From: Centroscyllium fabricii
Lineage: Eukaryota
Reading direction: 5' to 3'
NCBI GenBank assembly: GCA_051313645.2
Contig: JBNRSN020000010.1
Coordinates: forward strand, 16,430,001-16,494,000
DNA length: 64,000 bases
The translations under genes were made by a program, and so were the position numbers. Below, piece by piece: positions 12,560 through 25,561 of this stretch; the first letter of the stretch is position 1; each line of letters opens with the position of its first letter. The notes under the pieces were generated by a model that had not been told where the DNA came from, did not search any database, and saw nothing but the letters and a program-made list of their open reading frames with translations.

Positions 12560-15500
12560 ACGTAGTGCAGGAGTCCCCTGAGTCCTTCACTACCACCAAA
12601 AGATGTTCCGTCTTGGTGCTGATGCGGGAGACGGTTTCTAAGGGGAAAACTGCAGGAGCTTAATCCGTAACACTACGAGTGGCTCAGCTCCACAGGAGTG
12701 GAGGAAAGGGACTGTGAGAGTACATTGATAGGGGCATTATCGTAAGAGGAACAGATAGATGTTTATTTGGCCGCAGACGTGATTGCAGGATGGTATGTTT
12801 CCTCCCTGGTGCCAGGGTCATAATATCACTGAATGGCTGCACGGCATTCTGAAGCGGGTGGGCAAACAGTCAGCTGTCGGGTTTCACATTGCTAGCAACG
12901 ACATGGGTAGAAAGAGCGATGAGTTCCAGCAACAAGATTTAGGGAGCTGGGGAGCAGATTGAAAAGTTGGCCCACAAAGTTTGTCATCTCTGGATTACTC
13001 CCTGTGCTACGTGCTAGTGAGAATAGGAATAACAGGACGAGCAGATGAATGAATGGCTAAGGAGTTGTTGCAAGATGGAGGATATTAATTTCCTGGATAG
13101 AAACATAGAAACATAGAAACGAGGAGCAGGAGTAGGCCATTCGGCACTTCGAGCCTGCTCCGCCATTCAATGAGATCATGGCTGATCATCCAAACCCAGT
13201 ATCCCGCCCCTGCCCTCTCCCCATATCGCTATCGAGCCTGCATCAACACATATCCCACCCTATCCCCGTAACCCCACATATTCAATCGCCCTAACACTAA
13301 GGGTCAATTTATCATGGCCAATCAACCTAACCCGCACATCTTTGGACTGTGGGAGGAAACCGGAGCACCGGAGGAAACCCACGCAGACACGGGGAGAATG
13401 TGCAAACTCCACACAGATATTACCCGAGGCTGGATTTGAACCCGGGTCTCCAGTGCTGTGAGGCAACAATGCTAACCACTGTGCCACCGTGCCGCCCACG
13501 ATGACTGGGTCTGAACTGGGGAAGGTCGAATCTGGACATATCGGATGGATTGCACCTGAAACGGGATGGAACCAACATCTTTCTGGGGAGTTTTGCTAGT
13601 ATGTCGTGCGGAGGGGTTAAACCAACTTGCCATCAGATGGGATTTGAGTGGAACTACAGTAGCGAGTGACGCACTGCCAAATATAGTGGAAAATGCAAAT
13701 AAGCCTGGAAGGCAGATCAAATATATAACGACTCAAGCGAGTATGGCAAGGCTGGATGGCACTTATTTTAATGCAAATAGTCTTGCGTAAGGCAGATTAT
13801 TTGAAGTTGTTGATGAATATATGGGAGTATGATATTTTTGCTATCACAGAAACATGGTTGAGGGAGGGACTGGACTGGAAGATCAAAGTTCCGAGGTAGA
13901 GAAACTTCAGACGAGATAGAGGGGTGTGTTAAAGAGGAGGGGGTATCGCAATATTAATCTGAGTCAATTACTGCTGAAGTGGGAATTATATATTAGTATG
14001 TTCCACTAATGAGGTCATATGGGTAGAAATTAAAAATAAATAGGAGCCAAGCAGTTTGCTGCGAGTGTATTTTCGGCCCCTAAACAGTCAGGGGAGATAG
14101 AGGAACAGATATGTTGTCAAATCTCAAAGAAGATTAGAAGTAATAGTGTAATAGCAGTAAGATTAACAACTGCCCCATATTTGCTGCGATAATCAGAGTG
14201 TGAACGGCGTACAGGTTGCAGAATTCGTAAAGTGCATCCTGGAGTGGTTCTTGAGCCAGCATGTAGAAATTCCGACAAGGGAGGGAGCGGTACTGGACCT
14301 AATTGTATGGAATAGAGCGAGAAATGTGTTAGTAGTGTCAATAGGTGAGTATTTGCTGAAAATGGCAAAATAAAATGGCTACATTTAAGGTCGTCATGGA
14401 AAAGGGAAATCATGGACTGGAAGTAAAATTTATATATTGGTGGAAGGCCGATTTTAATATGATAAGGCAAGAGCTGCCGAAAGTGGACTGGGATCAGCTA
14501 CTTGTACGAATATCCAAATCAGAGCAATGGCAGCTTTTTCAGAAAGAATAGAGAAAGAGTAAACGCCAACATGTTCCTGTGAATGTCAAACGTGGGACCA
14601 ACAAGGTCAGGGAACCCTGGATGTCATGGCATATATAAAAATGGATTAGGAATGAAATGGGGGCTTTTGGCAGATAAAAAGTAGGAAAACATTGGAAGCC
14701 ATAGAGGAGTATAGAATGTGCAGTTGGTATTGAAAATAAATTATTAGAGCGAAGAGGCGGCATCAAAATACATAGGTGGGCAAAATTAAGGCAAATACCA
14801 AGGGATTTTATAAGTATATTAAGGGCAAGACGATAGCAAGGGAAAGAGAAGGGCCCATTAGGGACCAAATTGGCAATCGGTGTGTAGAGCTGCACGATGT
14901 TGGTGAGGTTTAAAATCAATATTTTCCAACTATGCTGACAAAGCAGAAGGGTGATGTCGGCATATCTATCAGGCAGGGGGATTGCAACATTCTTGAACAA
15001 GTTAGTATTGATGGGGAGGAGGTATTGGTGATGTTAGCGGGCTTTAAACTGGATAAATGCCCAGGCCCTTGCGAGATGTATCCCAGGCTGTTGTGTGACG
15101 CAAGGGAGGAGCTTGCAGGAGCTCTGACACAACGTTTCGAATTATCTCTTGACACAGGGAAGGTGCCCGCGTACTGGAGGACAGCTAACGTCGTGCCATT
15201 ATTCAATAAGTGTAGTAGCGATAAATCAGGGAAGTGCAGGCCAGTGAGCCATTACTCAGTGCTTGATACATTATTGGAAGTCATTCTCAGGGACAGAATT
15301 AATCTCCACTTGGAGAGACAAGGATCAGTCAGGGATTGTCAGCCTGGCTTTTTCAGGGGGAGCTCATGTCTGACGAAATTGATTGAACTTGTCGAGGGTG
15401 TGACTCGATAATTGGATGAGAACAGTGCAGTTGATGTAGTCTATATGAACTTCATTTAGACTTTTAACGACGCCCCACATGGGACACTTGACAAGAACGT

Positions 15501-16600
15501 AAGAGCACGTTGGTTCCAGGGCAATTTGGCACATTGGATCAAAAATCGGCTTAGTAGCTGGAGGCAGAGTGTGATGGTCGAAGGTTGCTTCTGTGACTGA
15601 ATGCCTGTGTCCAGTGTTGTACCGCAGGGATCGGTGCTGCATCATTTGCTGTTTGTAATGTACATTAATGATTTATATATGAATGTTGGAGGTATGATTA
15701 GTAAGCTCGCAGATGACAATAACTTTGGTGGATCAATGCTGCATAATGCAGGAAGATAAAGACGGGATAGATAGACGGGCAGAACAGTGGCAAATGGAAT
15801 TTAACCCAGAATATTGTGAGGTGATGTATTTTGGGAGCACTAACAAGGCAAGGGAATACCAATGAATGATAGGAGCCTATGCAGGACAGATCATCCGAGG
15901 GACCTTTGTTTATAGCGATCTACGAAGGTAGCATGACAGGTAGAAAAGCTGGTTAAAAGGTTAAATGGGATGCTTGCATTGATTAGCCGAGGCATAGCAT
16001 ATAAGAGCAGGAGGTTATGATGGAGTTCTACACAACGCAATTTAGGCCACACCTGGAATAATGTGTGCAGTCTTGGTCGCCACAGTACAGGAGGGATGTG
16101 GTTGCATTGGAGATGGTGCAGAGGAGATTCCCAAGGATGCTACCTGAGCTGGAACACTTCAGCTATCAAGAGAGAAGGGACAAGCTGAGGTTGTTTTCCT
16201 TAGAGCAGAGAAGGCAAAGTGGGTGACCACTTTGAGTTGTACAAAATTAGGACGGGCATAGATAGTGTAGAAACAAATACATGTTTGCCCTTCGTATTAG
16301 GGTCAAGAACCAGACAGCATAGTTTCAAGGTAAGTGGTTGGAGGTACTGAGGGCATGTGAGGAAAAGGCTGTTCACCCAGTGGGTGTTTGGAATCTGCTG
16401 TTCACTGCCTGATTTAATGGTAAAGGTAGTGAGCCTCACAACATTCAAGAATCAATTAGATGAACAGTTAAAACGCCATAGCATCGAAGGCTACCGACAA
16501 ACTGCTGGAAAATGGGATTGGGATAGACAGGGCTTGGTGGCCGGCACGGTCACGATGGGCCGAAGTGCCTCTTTCTTTGCTGCAAGACTCTATGACTCTA
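12560..16600 (+). mobile_element. Near full-length decayed CR1 LINE (ORF1 esterase remnant, APE endonuclease, RT, 3' UTR)
   Basis: ORF1-like 'VRGTDR...RMVCFLPGARV' at ~12740-12820; APE start 'YFNANS' at ~13765; RT motifs 15000-16100; (CTATGA)n tail. Confidence 0.85.
13097..13497 (-). mobile_element. Full-length HE1-like tRNA-derived V-SINE
   Basis: GGGCGGCACGG start, A box TGGCACAGTGG, B box GGTTCAAATCC, V-domain GTGTGGAGTTTGCACATTCTCCCCGTG, CR1-type 3' tail (TTTCTATG)n. Confidence 0.9.
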
Positions 16601-18129
16601 TTACTTTATTTATATATTTCGATGCACGAGGCATCACAACTGCAAGGGAATGTGGAATAACCAGTAGGCCGTTTCCTGACCGTGAATTTTCGAATGATAC
16701 AAACACGCTTTTTGTGGAGTCCATTATTAAACCATGACTAAAATTTGCTATTAATTGTCTTAATTCCATCCATATATGCAGTAGGTTACTTTTTAAATGA
16801 ATCTGTACAATTTCTCAAACATGACTTGACTTTCTTAAATCCATGCAGACAGCCCATCAATTAACCTGGACATTGCTAAATCGTCACTAATATTTTCTCG
16901 GATTCTTGATTTGAAGCATTTGTCCAACAACTGATGTATGCGCTTGAATGAAAGATTGGGGCAAAATTCAGATCATAGACCGGTGAACCAAATTGGGACA
17001 CGGGGCGCTCAAACTGAGACATCAGATCAATATTAGCAGTCAGCAGAAATCCTTGCAACATTTCAACAGGACGCAAACTGACTAAATTCAAAATAAATGA
17101 ACAAAAAACTGTAACCAGCACTCTGCTTCACTGTTTTTATGCGTAAATAGACTCGACTCAACTTAAACTCAAATTACAAACATCTAACAGATATGCAACT
17201 GCTGAAACCACTGGCTGCCGTTAGTTTGCAATTGACAACGTGCGGAAACTGCTGCAAAGCACAGGCCTGACCCAGATAATGTCATGCGGAGGTGCGTGTC
17301 CTGCCTTCTTAGAGTCACATTTTCGATCACCACATTAACCCAGTTGGTTTTTGACTGATTGTGTGCAGCGTGCAAAGGTGATAACATGAAGCAAAATACC
17401 GAATATTCACTCGTTCTCATAATCAGACAATTAATTGTTAAAATCATCCCTGTAAACCGTACACCACGAGGGCACAAACATCACTATTCCTCAACTAAAT
17501 GGAATCAGAGAAAGGTGCAGGACAAATGGAGGCCATTCGGCCAACTCTGCCCGTGCCGGTAGTTGTCTGTCACATTTCGTTGTGAAAAATAAATTAAAAA
17601 AAGTATAATCAAGTAACGCGTCAGTGCCAGAGTGCTGACACCTTTAATTCCGCCATTATCTAACTAGAGCGTACTGTGCCCTTGCAGAGAAGAATTGGCC
17701 ACATGGTTAAGCAGCTGAAAAGGAAATGTTTGTTTATTTTGCATTCCCGGTAAACAAGAGTCAGCACCTGGTCAGTGATTGCATAGTCACCGTTGACTTT
17801 ACAGATAGTCTCCGTCAATTTGGAAGTAGAGCAGAGGAGTTCTCTCTGCTGTCCTTCAACCAATATGTACCCATCAACCAAATTCACTGTAAAACAGTTT
17901 ATGTGTTCATTATCACGTTACTGTTCCAGAGTCCGTGCAGTGTGCAAGGTAGCTGTCACCCTTCCTACATCACAGCAGTGACTTCACATCAAAAGTACTT
18001 AACTTGCTGTAAAGTGCGTTGGTGGCCAGATGGTGAAACAGCGATAGAAATGCAAGTTCTTTACTCCAATGGCCGTTGACGATTAAATGGCATCAGCGAA
18101 TTGAACAGTGCAAATGTACTTCATTCGGT

Positions 18130-21100
18130 ATATGCATTCCGTGCCGGCTGTCTCGAAGAGCAATCAATTCGGGCCCACTCCCCGCTCTTTTTCCATATCC
18201 CTGCAAATCTTTCTCCTTCAAATTGTTTGTCAATTTCCCATTTGAAAGCTACAATTGAATCGGTTTCCTCTACCCTACCAACAGTGCGTTCCAAGTCCTA
18301 ACCACATATTGCATCAACGTTTACCTTCATATCGCCTCTCGTACTTTAGACTAGTACTTTAATCTGTGCCCTCAGGTTATCGATTCATAATTCATTGGCA
18401 ACATTTTCGCTTTATTTACTCTATCTATATTTCAATCGTTCAGACTAATCTCTGTATAACATTTTCTGCTCTGAGGTGAACAATCACAGCTTCACTAACA
18501 TGACCACGTGACACTCATCCCTCGTCCCTTGAACAATTCTAGTACATTTCTTCTGTAAACTCTCCAAAGACTTCAGATCCTTCTGAAGTGTTGTGTTCAG
18601 ATTTGGACACAATATTCACGTTGATACCGATCGAGTGTTCGATACAAATTCCAAATAGGTCCCTGGCTTTTTACTCTATTTATAAAACCCAGGAACCCAT
18701 GTGCTTAAATAATTGCTTAATTAACATAAACAGATACCTTCAAATATTTGCACAAATGCGCTTAGCACACACTATTCCAGCAACCCTCCTCATTATTCCT
18801 ACTGAAATGGATCAGCTCACAATTTTCTGCGTTGAATTTCATATGCCATATGTGCACCCAGTGCACCAGACTGACTATGTCCTCCTGAAACTATTCCTAG
18901 CGTCCAACTGAAAATGTCGATATTATATCCTGTAAGCCCAAGTTCAAGCCAGTAATGTATGTATATATATATATTAGGAGTGGTCCTAGTACTGCATCCT
19001 GCTGAATAAAAATAAAAATTTCTCTCGATTCCAAAAACGAGCCATTCATCACAACTCTCTGAGTTCCATCCCTTTGCAAATGTTGTATCCATGGGGCAAC
19101 TGAAAATTATTCCACGAGTTTCAATTTTGCTATGTTATTTCTCAAAGCCTCTTTAAAGTCCATATTTACACTGTACTTCCATTTTCCACCCATTCTGACA
19201 CTTCATAACACAACTCCCTCAACAATGACCAAACAGGATTTTTCATTAACATACCATTGCAGGCTCTCCTTTATCAGTCCATGATTCTCAAAGTGGCTAG
19301 TAATCATCTCTGGGATTCCGCACCACAGACGTTAAACTGGCTTGTTTGTATTTGCCATCCTGTTCCCTTTTTTGAACAAAGAATCAACATTTACAATCGT
19401 CCTGTCCGTTGGCACAACCTCTGTAACTGGCAAGTTTGAACCATAATTGGATCAGTTGCAGGAATGAAAATGTAATGATTGACGGATGTTCTCGTGACTG
19501 GAGGTCTGTTTCCAATTGGGTTTCGCAGGCTAAATGGAAGGTCCCTTGACTTTTGTGGTGTATATCGTTGTTTTAGCATTCAAAGTAGGGATCATGATGA
19601 AGTCGTTTTATAGATGATACAAAAATAGCCGTGTGGTTGATAGTGAGGATGAAAGCTGTGGACTGCAGGAAGATATCAATGGCTGGGCAGATGGGCAAGA
19701 AAGTGGCAACTGGAATTCAATTGGTGAAGTGTGATGTAATGACTTTGGCACGGGCTAACACGCCAAGGTAATACACAATGAAATGTAGGATACTGAAGAA
19801 TGTAGAGGAAAAGTGGGCCTTTGGAGTACATGTCCACAGATCGCTGAAGGTAGCAGGACAGGCAGAAAAGTTTGGTTAATAAAGCATTATGGATACATTG
19901 ATTTATTAGCTGAACCATTACATATAAGAGCAAGAGACCTTGGAATGCATAAACATTAACTAAGCCACAGCGACAGTACGGCGTGCAGTTCAGGTCACCA
20001 TAATACATGGAAAACGTGATTGTGCTGGAGTCTGCGAGACGAGAGTTACGATTCTGTTGCCAGGAATTGATAAATTTACCTATGAGAAAAGATTGGATAG
20101 GCTGTGGTTGTCTTCTTTGGAACAGAGGAGTCTAAGGGGAGAATTGATGGAGGTGTACACAATTATGAGGAGGCTATATCAATCAGAGAGGAAAGCCTTA
20201 TTTATCCAGAAGATGGGGAAATAACAAGGGGGCATCGAGTTAATGTATTAGGTAGAAGGATTAGAGAGCAGATCAGGAGAACGCTGTTAAACTAGAGGGC
20301 AGTGTGGTTCTGGAGCTTACTACCTGAAAATGCGGTAGAGGCTGAAACACTCATTACATTTTAACAGTACTTGGATATGGACGTGAAGTGCTGTAACCTA
20401 CATGGCTACAGGGCAAAAGCTGGAAAGTGGAATCAGGCATAGTCGATCTTTTTCGACGGCACGTAATTGACTAGACAAATGGCCCCCTTCTGTGCCATAA
20501 ATCGATATGTATCTACTGAGGATTGAAAAAAAGTTGGGCAGCAATGCGGCAATTTCAACTTTACTTCCCTCAGAAAAATAGAATGGATCCCATCCAGACC
20601 GGATGACTTATCTACTTTAGCTAAACACAGTCTTTCTAGTACATCCCCGTTACCTGTTTTATCTCAGGTAGTATTCTACGTGTTTATCTTACCTTTGGCA
20701 ACGTCTTCTTCTGGGTAAACACTGATGCATAGTGCTCATTTAATACCTCAGAAATGCCTTCTGCATCTACCAATAGTTCATCATTTTTGCACAATTTGCC
20801 CTACCGCTCATGTGACAAAAAAAATATTTTAGTATGGCGACATGTGTAACGAGGTGTGGTGGAGCCCAAATGCAAAGACACTGAAAAGGCAGTCTAGGTC
20901 TTAGATACTTTTATATTACAAAACAGTAATAGAAAACATACATGCATACATTCCAAAATATATAAACATCTAAACAAGTCTTCAACAGAAAACTGGCACA
21001 AGCTTATTACAGTTGCTCATACAAAGTTAGAAACAGAAAACAAGTTCCTTTCAGAACTGGTACCAAACTTCCCAAAGTTGCGTGGAATGCTACGCAGCCA

Positions 21101-23540
21101 AGCGCATCATAGTGTAGTGAAATACATGTCCAACCCTGAATTCAGGTGGGTGCGAGCAATGTCCAGGATGTTGAATTTAGGAATACTCCCGAGTCCGCCC
21201 TACGGTCGAAACTCACTCCAACGGAGTCTTCAGAGGAAGAATCCATCTTCACAAACAAGGAAACTCCTCACATACCCAACTGAAACGTCCAAACCTCAGT
21301 TCGGGTGATAACGACCAATGTCCAGGAAGTAGATTCTGGATCTCTTCATAGTCCGCTCCACCACGGGGACTTAACCCAACGGAGTTCACAGAAAAGAGAA
21401 TACCTGATCTACTAGCAGGGGAACGCCCTTACTTAACAGATGGAATGTCCAAACCTGAGCTTCAGGTGGCAGAACGCAATGTCCAGAATGTTGACAACTG
21501 TAGTTCTCCGAAGTCCGCTCCACAGCAAGACTTACTCTACCCGAGTTTCCAGAAGAGAATACGTCATCCACAGGGCAGGGGAAGGCCCAAACCCATTGCC
21601 TCTCCAGCAGCTCAGAACAGCAACCACTCCTTCCAGTAGTTCGTAGTCAAAGAGTAGTAAGGAAATCCAATCTAATGATCCGGCACCTGCCTGGTCAAAG
21701 CACTCAGCTTATAAGCCAAACAGGCAAACCAGATCATTACTGCTAGCCAATAAGCTGCAGGTGTTGAGAACCAGAAACACGCAGGTATGTGAAACAGTTA
21801 AATAAACAGAAACAGAGAAACAAAACCTAGAATTCCAAGATGGATACCTTAAAGGGGTATGCCAACTGTGACAGAACCCCCCCCTCAAAGGACGACCGCT
21901 GACGTCCCAAGTACCCAAATACCGAAATAAGGTGGGTGCAGGGGTGCGGAGGAGGGACCAACCGTCGTCCAGGAATAAAGGACTCCAAGGAGCGCTAGAC
22001 GCTTCAGTGTCTGCTGGGCCCCTATTCTGGCCGGATCATTGTGTAACGAGGTGTGGTGGAGCCCAAATGCAAAGACACTGAAAAGGCAGTCTAGATCTTA
22101 GATACTTTTATATTACAAAACAGTAATAGAAAACATACATGCATACATTCCAAAATATATAAACATCTAAACAAGTCTTCAACAGAAAACTGGCACAAGC
22201 TTATTACAGTTGCTCATACAAAGTTAGAAACAGAAAACAAGTTCCTTTCAGAACTGGTACCAAACTTCCCAAAGTTGCGTGGAATGCTACGCAGCCAAGC
22301 GCATCATAGTGTAGTGAAATACATGTCCAACCCTGAATTCAGGTGGGAGCGAGCAAGGTCCAGGATGTTGAATTTAGGAATACTCCCGAGTCCGCCCTAC
22401 GGTCGAAACTCACTCCAACGGAGTCTTCAGAGGAAGAATCCATCTTCACAAACAAGGAAACTCCTCACATACCCAACTGAAACGTCCAAACCTCAGTTCG
22501 GGTGATAACGACCAATGTCCAGGAAGTAGATTCTGGATCTCTTCATAGTCCGCTCCACCGCGGGGACTTAACCCAACGGAGTTCACAGAAAAGAGAATAC
22601 CTGATCTACTAGCAGGGGAACGCCCTTACTTAACAGATGGAATGTCCAAACCTGAGCTTCAGGTGGCAGAACGCAATGTCCAGAATGTTGACAACTGTAG
22701 TTCTCCGAAGTCTGCTCCACAGCAAGACTTACTCTACCCGAGTTTCCAGAAGAGAATACGTCATCCACAGGGCAGGGGAAGGCCCAAACCCATTGCCTCT
22801 CCAGCAGCTCAGAACAGCAACCACTCCTTCCAGTAGTTCGTAGTCAAAGAGTAGTAAGGAAATCCAATCTAATGATCCGGCACCTGCCTGGTCAAAGCAC
22901 TCAGCTTATAAGCCAAACAGGCAAACCAGATCATTACTGCTAGCCAATAAGCTGCAGGTGTTGAGAACCAGAAACACACAGGTATGTGAAACAGTTAAAT
23001 AAACAGAAACAGAGAAACAAAACCTAGAATTCCAAGATGGATACCTTAAAGGGGTATGCCAACTGTGACAACATGAAACATTTGGTTTCCCTTTCTATGT
23101 TAGGCGTCAATTATTTTCGCACTGTCACTTTCCCTCTATTATTTCATGTTTCAATTCATCTCTTTGCTATTTCATATTCAACCTGATTCTCGCTTGTATT
23201 ATGAAGGTTCATCCTAGTCTAAACCCTTCGTAAACCAGGGAGCTGTAGCTTAGGTCACCCTCCCTTTCTCCCTTCTGGGAATCCACCTAGACTGTACCCG
23301 AAACATCTCTCTTTTAAAGTCCCTCCATTGTTCCAACATATTCCTGCCAGCCATACATTGACTCCAGTTTACCCGGGACACATTCCTCCTCAATTAACTG
23401 AAAATATCCCTCCTCCAGTGAAGTTTGTTTTTATTTTGTGTTGTTCTTCTCAATAGCTAATCTATACATTTTGATACTATGGTGACTATTCCCGAGATTC
23501 TACCCAACTGTGATATTCTCCACTTGACTCACTTCAATTG
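18130..23540. mobile_element. Mixed-orientation CR1 fragments (minus 18130-19460, plus 19470-20515, minus 20520-20844 and 23071-23540)
   Basis: Degenerate CR1 ORF2 and 3' UTR motifs; the last fragment is split by LTR element A. Confidence 0.7.
20845..23070 (-). mobile_element. Non-autonomous LTR retrotransposon, family A (Tf1/sushi-like Ty3/Gypsy derivative): LTRs 20845-21873 and 22042-23070 (1029 bp), internal 168 bp
   Basis: TG...CA LTR ends; 5-bp TSD ACATG on both sides; PPT GAGGGGGGGG next to the 3' LTR; PBS at 22030-22040; about 6 differences seen between LTRs; no coding capacity. Confidence 0.93.
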
Positions 23541-23719
23541 CCGAAGTGAAATGCAGCGGCAGCTGCCGACACAGCCCATTTCTCTGAAATACACTGAGAT
23601 TATCGAAAATCTGAATTCAGGCGGTGAGAAACTAACTTCCAATTTCAACAGCCCTGGCAGAAAAAACGGTAACAAAAATAAAGTATTGTATATATATATA
23701 TAGCACCGTTCTCCACCAC

Positions 23720-24432
23720 CGGACGTTTACATCCAATAAATGTTTATTTTTCAAGTATAGTCAAGTAGGAAAGGCAGCAGCAAATATGCAAACAGCAAAC
23801 ACCCACACGAAGCATCGTGATAATGACCAAATAAACAGTTTTCAGTGATTTTTTTGAGAGATCAATGTTGGCCAGGCCACCGAGTTTATTTCCCCTGCTC
23901 TTCTTCGAAATAGCGCCCAGGCATATTTTCAATACATTTAGAGGACCCTTGGGCTAATGTCTCAATATAATAGTGTTTCCATTTGTGGGGAATATCATAA
24001 CTGGAGGACATCAATATAAGGTGGTCACAAAAAAAATCACATAGGTAATTCAGGAATAAACGTCGTTACACAGAGAGTGGTGAGAATGTTGAACTCTCTA
24101 CCAAAGCGAGTGGTTGATGCCAGTAGTATAGATGGTTTTAAGGTGAGGCTGAACAAGGGAATGAGGAACAATGGAATTGAGACTTGTGCTGAAAAAATTA
24201 GTTCATCAAAGACTGGAGGGAATTCAAGTGGAGCATAAATGATGCATGGCCTGTTTCTGTTTCGCATATCCTTCGTAGCATATTTATCATCTGAAATACA
24301 CCACCTCCGACAGTGCAGCATTTCCCTGGAGTGGCAGCCAAGTTATGTTGTGCTCAAGGCTCTGGAGTGGTATTTTAACCGATAACCTTCTAATTCAGAG
24401 GCGAGAGTGCTATCAGCTGAGCTACGGCTGAC
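23720..24432 (-). mobile_element. SacSINE1-like DeuSINE interrupted by a CR1 3' fragment (~23975-24280); related tail at ~17900-18062 (+)
   Basis: Minus 5' end gtcagccgtagctcagctgatagcactctcgcctctg and Deu-like tgctgcactgtcggaggtg; family identity recalled from memory. Confidence 0.6.
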
Positions 24433-25389
24433 ATTAAAGGGGGGAAGAGTGAATTCAAAGCCCTGATATTTTTCTTCAATCCAAGCCCGAAAGGTATATA
24501 AATTAATCGTCACCGTTTATACAGAATATGTTTGGGATTTATTTATATATATACATAATTAATAACTCAGAGTCTCGCAATATCATAAGATAAGGCAACA
24601 CGGACAACTGATTCTAGTGCTTGATCAAAGTTCAGCCAAATTTCTCGGGTATGGTAATGTCTTACTTATTTTACTGGACTACTGTCTTTTAGCAATAATC
24701 CAGAGTACGCGAGCTGAAATCGCACCATATCAGCTTGAGAATTTAAATTCGGTTTCTGAAAATTCGAGAAATAAAAAGCTGACATCAGTAAAACGAATCA
24801 TGAAACAATCGGAATGTGTTACAAGCACAATTGTTTCACGGGTGTCCTTTAGAGAAGGACAACTGCATTACTTACCGCGTCTGGGCATCTGTGTGACTGC
24901 AGTCCCAAAACAACGTAACGGCCCCTCTGAAGTTGCCTGGTGAGCCTATCAGCTGTATCTAGGATAACTAGGGATGGGCATTAAATGCCGTTATTGCCAG
25001 CGATGCCCACATGCCTAGAATGAATACAAATAATTGAGCAGATTAATATGTTAATATGGTAATTGGTTTCCTAAGACAATGAACACGATTATATATTATC
25101 GTTCGGAGATTATGTTCAGATAATTGTCTCATCAGTGATTATTGAAAATCTACTGTACAATGTTAGCGACTATTCCTTCACTTCAAACGTTGAGTCTTCC
25201 GATAAAATAACTATCAGTACAGACAAAAGAAGCGTCTCTACACTGATATAACCAAGTTTAATATTCAGACTCATATTACACGTCAGCGTTCCTCCATTCT
25301 TTCCTTCAAATACCAGCTGTTTTTCACGGAACTGAACTGACGAAAACAGCTGCAGAGAAGATAAAATGTTTGGACTGTTGCTTTGAGAA

Positions 25390-25561
25390 GCTAGTGAGTG
25401 AACAGGGCCCAACTCCTCCCCCCACCCCGTCCCCACCGCCCCAGCTAACCGATCATATCAGTCACACCCCGCAGTGTTAATCAAGTGTCCAGTCAGAAAG
25501 GCTCGTGAGCTCCGAACGAGGAGGCAGCGTCCCAATCGATGACAGATACTCACGGGTAAGT
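25390..25561 (+). promoter_or_regulatory. Putative MS4A promoter and non-coding exon 1 (donor cacgg|gtaagt after 25555)
   Basis: C-rich GC/CACCC-box tract ~25412-25443, consensus donor, and an aligned donor-like caccg|gtacgt in the inverted paralogue near 9145. Confidence 0.55.

Noticed and set aside
13430-13497. tRNA gene
   Set aside because: A/B boxes belong to a SINE head continuing into V-domain and LINE tail; no cloverleaf end or terminator.
21190-21240. Possible hammerhead ribozyme (retrozyme) in LTR A: sense CTGAAGA followed by the hairpin ctcc-gtt-ggag
   Set aside because: The required GAAA after stem II is absent (TGAG), and the motif is not kept in the other modules or the solo LTR.
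20845-23070. 1197-bp and 1326-bp direct repeats as tandem duplication or assembly error
   Set aside because: TG..CA ends, 5-bp TSDs, PBS and PPT show they are paired LTRs.
25170-25436. Signal-peptide-like minus ORF (MSLNIKLGYISVETLLLSVLIVILS)
   Set aside because: Overlaps the MS4A promoter region, has a weak donor, no downstream exons, and its ATG is not kept in the paralogous arm.
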